Source of the DNA: Octopus vulgaris
Lineage: Eukaryota
Direction of reading: 5' to 3'
NCBI GenBank assembly: GCA_951406725.2
Contig: OX597828.1
Location: 44,578,001-44,642,000 of the forward strand
Length of the DNA: 64,000 nucleotides
The notes under the pieces were generated by a model, which was given only the letters and a program-made list of their open reading frames with translations, did not search any database and was not told where the DNA came from. Shown here piece by piece: positions 60,378 through 64,000 of this stretch. The stretch's first letter is position 1, and each line of letters begins with the position of its first letter. The translations under genes and the position numbers were made by a program.

Positions 60378-60608
60378 TATTTCTTTACTACCCACAAGGG
60401 GCTAAACACAGAGGGGACAAACAAGGGCAGACAAACAGATTAAGTCGATTACATCAACCCCAGTGCGTAACTGGTACTTAATTTATCGACCCCGAAAGGA
60501 TGAAAGGTAAAGTTGACCTCGGCGGAATTTGAACTCAGGACATAACGGCAGACAAAATACGGCTACGCATTTCGCCCGGCGTGTTAACGTTTCTGCCAGC
60601 TCGCCGCC
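60378..60608 (-). mobile_element. Family-D SINE nested inside a family-A SINE
   Basis: TSD TTAGyAAGCTACTTACC at 60361-60377 and 60609-60625; host SINE resumes on both sides. Confidence 0.9.
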
Positions 60609-61188
60609 TTAGTAAGCTACTTACCACACAGCCACTCCTGCGCCTATATATACTAAAATTATTTTGTAAGATGGTGTTATGTTGATCATTCATTTAGTAA
60701 CTAAGCTGTTCTAACAATATTTGACATTGTGGTTCTCAAGGCAACAGTTTTAGATAACGACTGCAAGCTTCTGTATTTATACTTTGAAAAATATACTGGG
60801 ACTTTTGTTGTATTGAATATATTTCAATTCATAAAATTTTGGGAAATATGAAATGGAGAATAATTTTGCTGTCCAGTCTCAGATATTGATTTTTTTTTTT
60901 TTTGTGCCTGCTGCTGGTTCCGCTGTGATGAAAGCAATTTTGGTCTAGGATTGTTTTTCTTTTCTTTTTTTTTTGTTGTTTTTGTTTTTGATTTTGTTTG
61001 TTCAATAAAAATATCTTGCTCTAAAGAATTATGCATTCTTTATTTCTTGTATTGGTGATGTCTACTTTATTACATATAAATATATTTAATGTATTATTTA
61101 ACATATGCATTCATTATACTCAAATGTGTGTGTGTGTGTGTGTGTGTATGGGTGTGTATCCATCCATCCATCCATCCATCCATCCATC

Positions 61189-61261
<73 letters not shown>

Positions 61262-61756
61262 GTATATATATACATATATGTATGAATGCACATGGCTTAG
61301 TGGTTAGGGCATTCGGCTGACGATTGTAAGGCCGCGAGTTCAATTCTCGGTGACGCATTGTGTTCTTGAGCAAGACTCTTTATTTCACATTGCTCCAGTC
61401 CACTCAGCTGGCAAAAATGAGTAGTACCTGTATTACAAAGGGCCAGCCTTGTCACACTCTGTGTCACGCTGAATCTCCCTGAGAACTACATTGATGGTAC
61501 ACATGTCTGTGGAGTGCTCAGCCACTTTCACATTAACTTCACGAGCAAGCTGTTCCATTGATCATATCAGCTGTGACTCTTGTTGTCATAACTGATGGAG
61601 TGCTCCTCCATGTATATGTACATGTATATATGGTTGTATGTATGTATGTTTGTATGTATATTTTAAGATATGAAGTCAGGAGTTGCGAGCAGTGAAGACA
61701 GATTTATTTTGTCACATGACTTTCATATGATTACAGTTGGTTTGAAGCCTTCTTCA

Positions 61757-62103
61757 TTATCTCCACCTTAATGAAGGCAGAGGTATTGTTTACAGTTGTC
61801 TTTGTTTGTTTGTCTGTGGACAAGATATCTCAAGAACTGTTAGATGGATTCGGATGAAAATTCAGAGATAGTTGGCCTCATGACTAGCATGAACTGATTA
61901 AATTTTGGGATCAACTTGATACCGGACAAGGATTCTGGATTATTTTTCCAGTTTTTTTAAATTTAATTTTTGAGTATTCTTATTTGTGAGAGCAGTCGAG
62001 TTTATTTCAGATATCCTCCTTTTAAAAATAATCTCCAGCTAATCATTAAGAGGACGTTGGTTTTGCCTTGGTGAAGGTTTGCGTTTTCTAAGTACTCATG
62101 TTA
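61757..62103 (+). mobile_element. Helentron-associated element (HINE/DINE-1-like), degenerate
   Basis: 5' stem CTCCACCTT-AATG-AAGGCAGAG, GTTT/GTCT short repeats, 3' sub-terminal CCTTGGTGAAGGT followed by a weak hairpin. Confidence 0.65.
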
Positions 62104-62138
62104 TTGTTTGGTATTAATTCCAGTATGCAAAAATTATA

Positions 62139-62364
62139 TACATTATTTACATTATTTACACTCAATGGATATTTGTCCTCATCTGTTTGTTGTCAACACA
62201 ATGTTTTGGCTGATATACCTGCCAGCCTTCTTTGGATGTCTTGGGGAAATTTCAAACCTGTTGTGTCAACAACAAACAAGATGAGGACAAATCGCCATTG
62301 GATGTAAATGATGTACATAATGTAAATAATGCACATAATTCATCATCTCTTAAATATAGAACTG
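62139..62364. mobile_element. Second copy of the fold-back element
   Basis: Same termini (TACATTATTTAC...TAGAACTG); TSD TGCAAAArTTATA at 62126-62138 and 62365-62377. Confidence 0.75.
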
Positions 62365-62760
62365 TGCAAAAGTTATAGGTTCTTGCTTGCATTAATATAT
62401 ATGTTTAGCATTATATAATGCAATTATCGCAGCAAGCTGGCTGAAATATTAGCATGCCAGGCAAAATTCTTAGTGGTATTTCATTTGTTAAATTCCACCA
62501 AGGTTGACTTTGCCTTTCATGCTTTTACAGTCGATAAACTAAGTACCAGTTGCGAACTAGGGTTGATCTAATCAACTGACCCCCTCCCCCAAAATTTCAG
62601 GCATTTGTGTAGAGTAGAAAAGATTATATACTACAATTGCATATTCTCAAATGAACACAAAGGAAGAAGCCTAGCTTATCAGATCACCAGCACATCATGG
62701 TTCCATCTACAATTCAGCTACTGTTTTATTCTACTCCTATAGATATAGGCCAACAAGTCT

Positions 62761-62820
62761 TATGGTCTGATGATATACCATACAGATACTCTTTATGGCA
62801 AGAAACCCAGGGTAACCCTA
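62761..62820 (+). ncRNA. Candidate type I hammerhead ribozyme
   Basis: Stem I TATGGT/ACCCTA, CTGATGA, stem II TACCATACAGA/TCTTTATGGCA, GAAAC, stem III ACC-CAG-GGT, cleavage triplet GTA. Confidence 0.6.
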
Positions 62821-64000
62821 TTCACCAGTAATAAATATAGATTGCTCTACATCTTAGAGTGTGCTTTTTGTCCATTCCTATGTTTTTCTAAAAAAAAAAA
62901 AGCCAATATATATGTATATGTATATATATATAGATAGTTGTCAGTACCTATTTCTTTACTATCCACAAGGGGCTAAACACACAGAGGACAAACAAGGACA
63001 GACAAATGGAATAAGTCAATTATATTGACCCCAGTGCGTAACTGGTACTTATTTAATCAACCCTGAAAGAATGAAAGGCAAAGTCGACCTCAGTAGAATT
63101 TGAACTCAGAACGTAACGGCAGACGAAATATTGCTAAGCATTTCGCCCTGTGTGCTAACGTTTCTGCCAGTACCATCTGACTGGCCCTCGTGCCGGTGGC
63201 ATGTAAAAGCACCCACTACACTCTCAGAGTGGTTGGCATTAGGAAGGGCATCCAGCTGCAGAAACTCTGCCAGATCAGATTGGAGCCTAGTGCAACCATC
63301 TGGTTCGCCAGACATCAGTCAAATCGTCCAATCCATGCTAGCATGGAAAGCGGATGTTAAATGATGATGATGATGATGATGATAGTGAATCCAAACAAAG
63401 AATAACAAACATAAAAAAACAACAATGTGAGGACGTGATACAAGTAATGTATTATCGGACAATCAGGAAAAGAAAAAAAAAAGGGGGGGATTTAATGTTT
63501 CAAGTAAAACTCTTTGTCAGAAATAGAGGAAAATTCAAAGGAAGGAATGACGGAGGAAGAAAATCGCCAACAATGTTGTGTGTGTATATATATACACATC
63601 ATCATCATCATTTATTGTCCATTTTCCATTCTGGCAATGGGTTAGACGTATTGATTGGAACTGGTAAGCTGAAGAACTGTACCAAGCTCCAATATGTTAT
63701 TTATAAATCTATACATATAAGTATATGTATATACATGTGTATGTATACACACACACATACACACACATATATATGCCACCATCTCTATCCTGCTGTCTCC
63801 TACTCTCTCTCTCTCTCTTCTGCTAGAAATAGGAGTCAAAATAACTCTATAGCCATAAAATGCACTGTCTTAATGATTGACAAGGGAGATAATTTCCCTT
63901 GTGGACAGTCATATCGCTGGCGATATGATCTTAATTCTCATCAGTGGCTCTTACCAAACTTAGGGTAAAGCACAACTCATCTTGTCAACGTATAAGAAAA

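Overview
AT-rich, microsatellite- and SINE-saturated animal DNA. The repeat families resemble, from recall, those of Octopus (inference, no search run). Nearly all ORFs in the track are microsatellite or SINE artefacts. One real gene is present: the last six coding exons of YTHDC2 (+ strand, 777-13337), assembled in frame with GT-AG sites. Its YTH domain has Tyr at the second m6A-cage Trp position, and its last exon adds about 310 aa of Gly/Asn/Ser/His/Ala prion-like sequence. The rest is mobile DNA: at least four SINE families, a 22-unit SINE-head satellite (37.4-41.6 kb), a polarised SINE cluster (17.4-25.5 kb), mariner, CR1, Penelope, HINE and piggyBac-like relics, a tRNA-Gly-derived retrocopy, and several hammerhead-ribozyme-like motifs, including one with an intact core and a TSD-flanked fold-back element in two copies.
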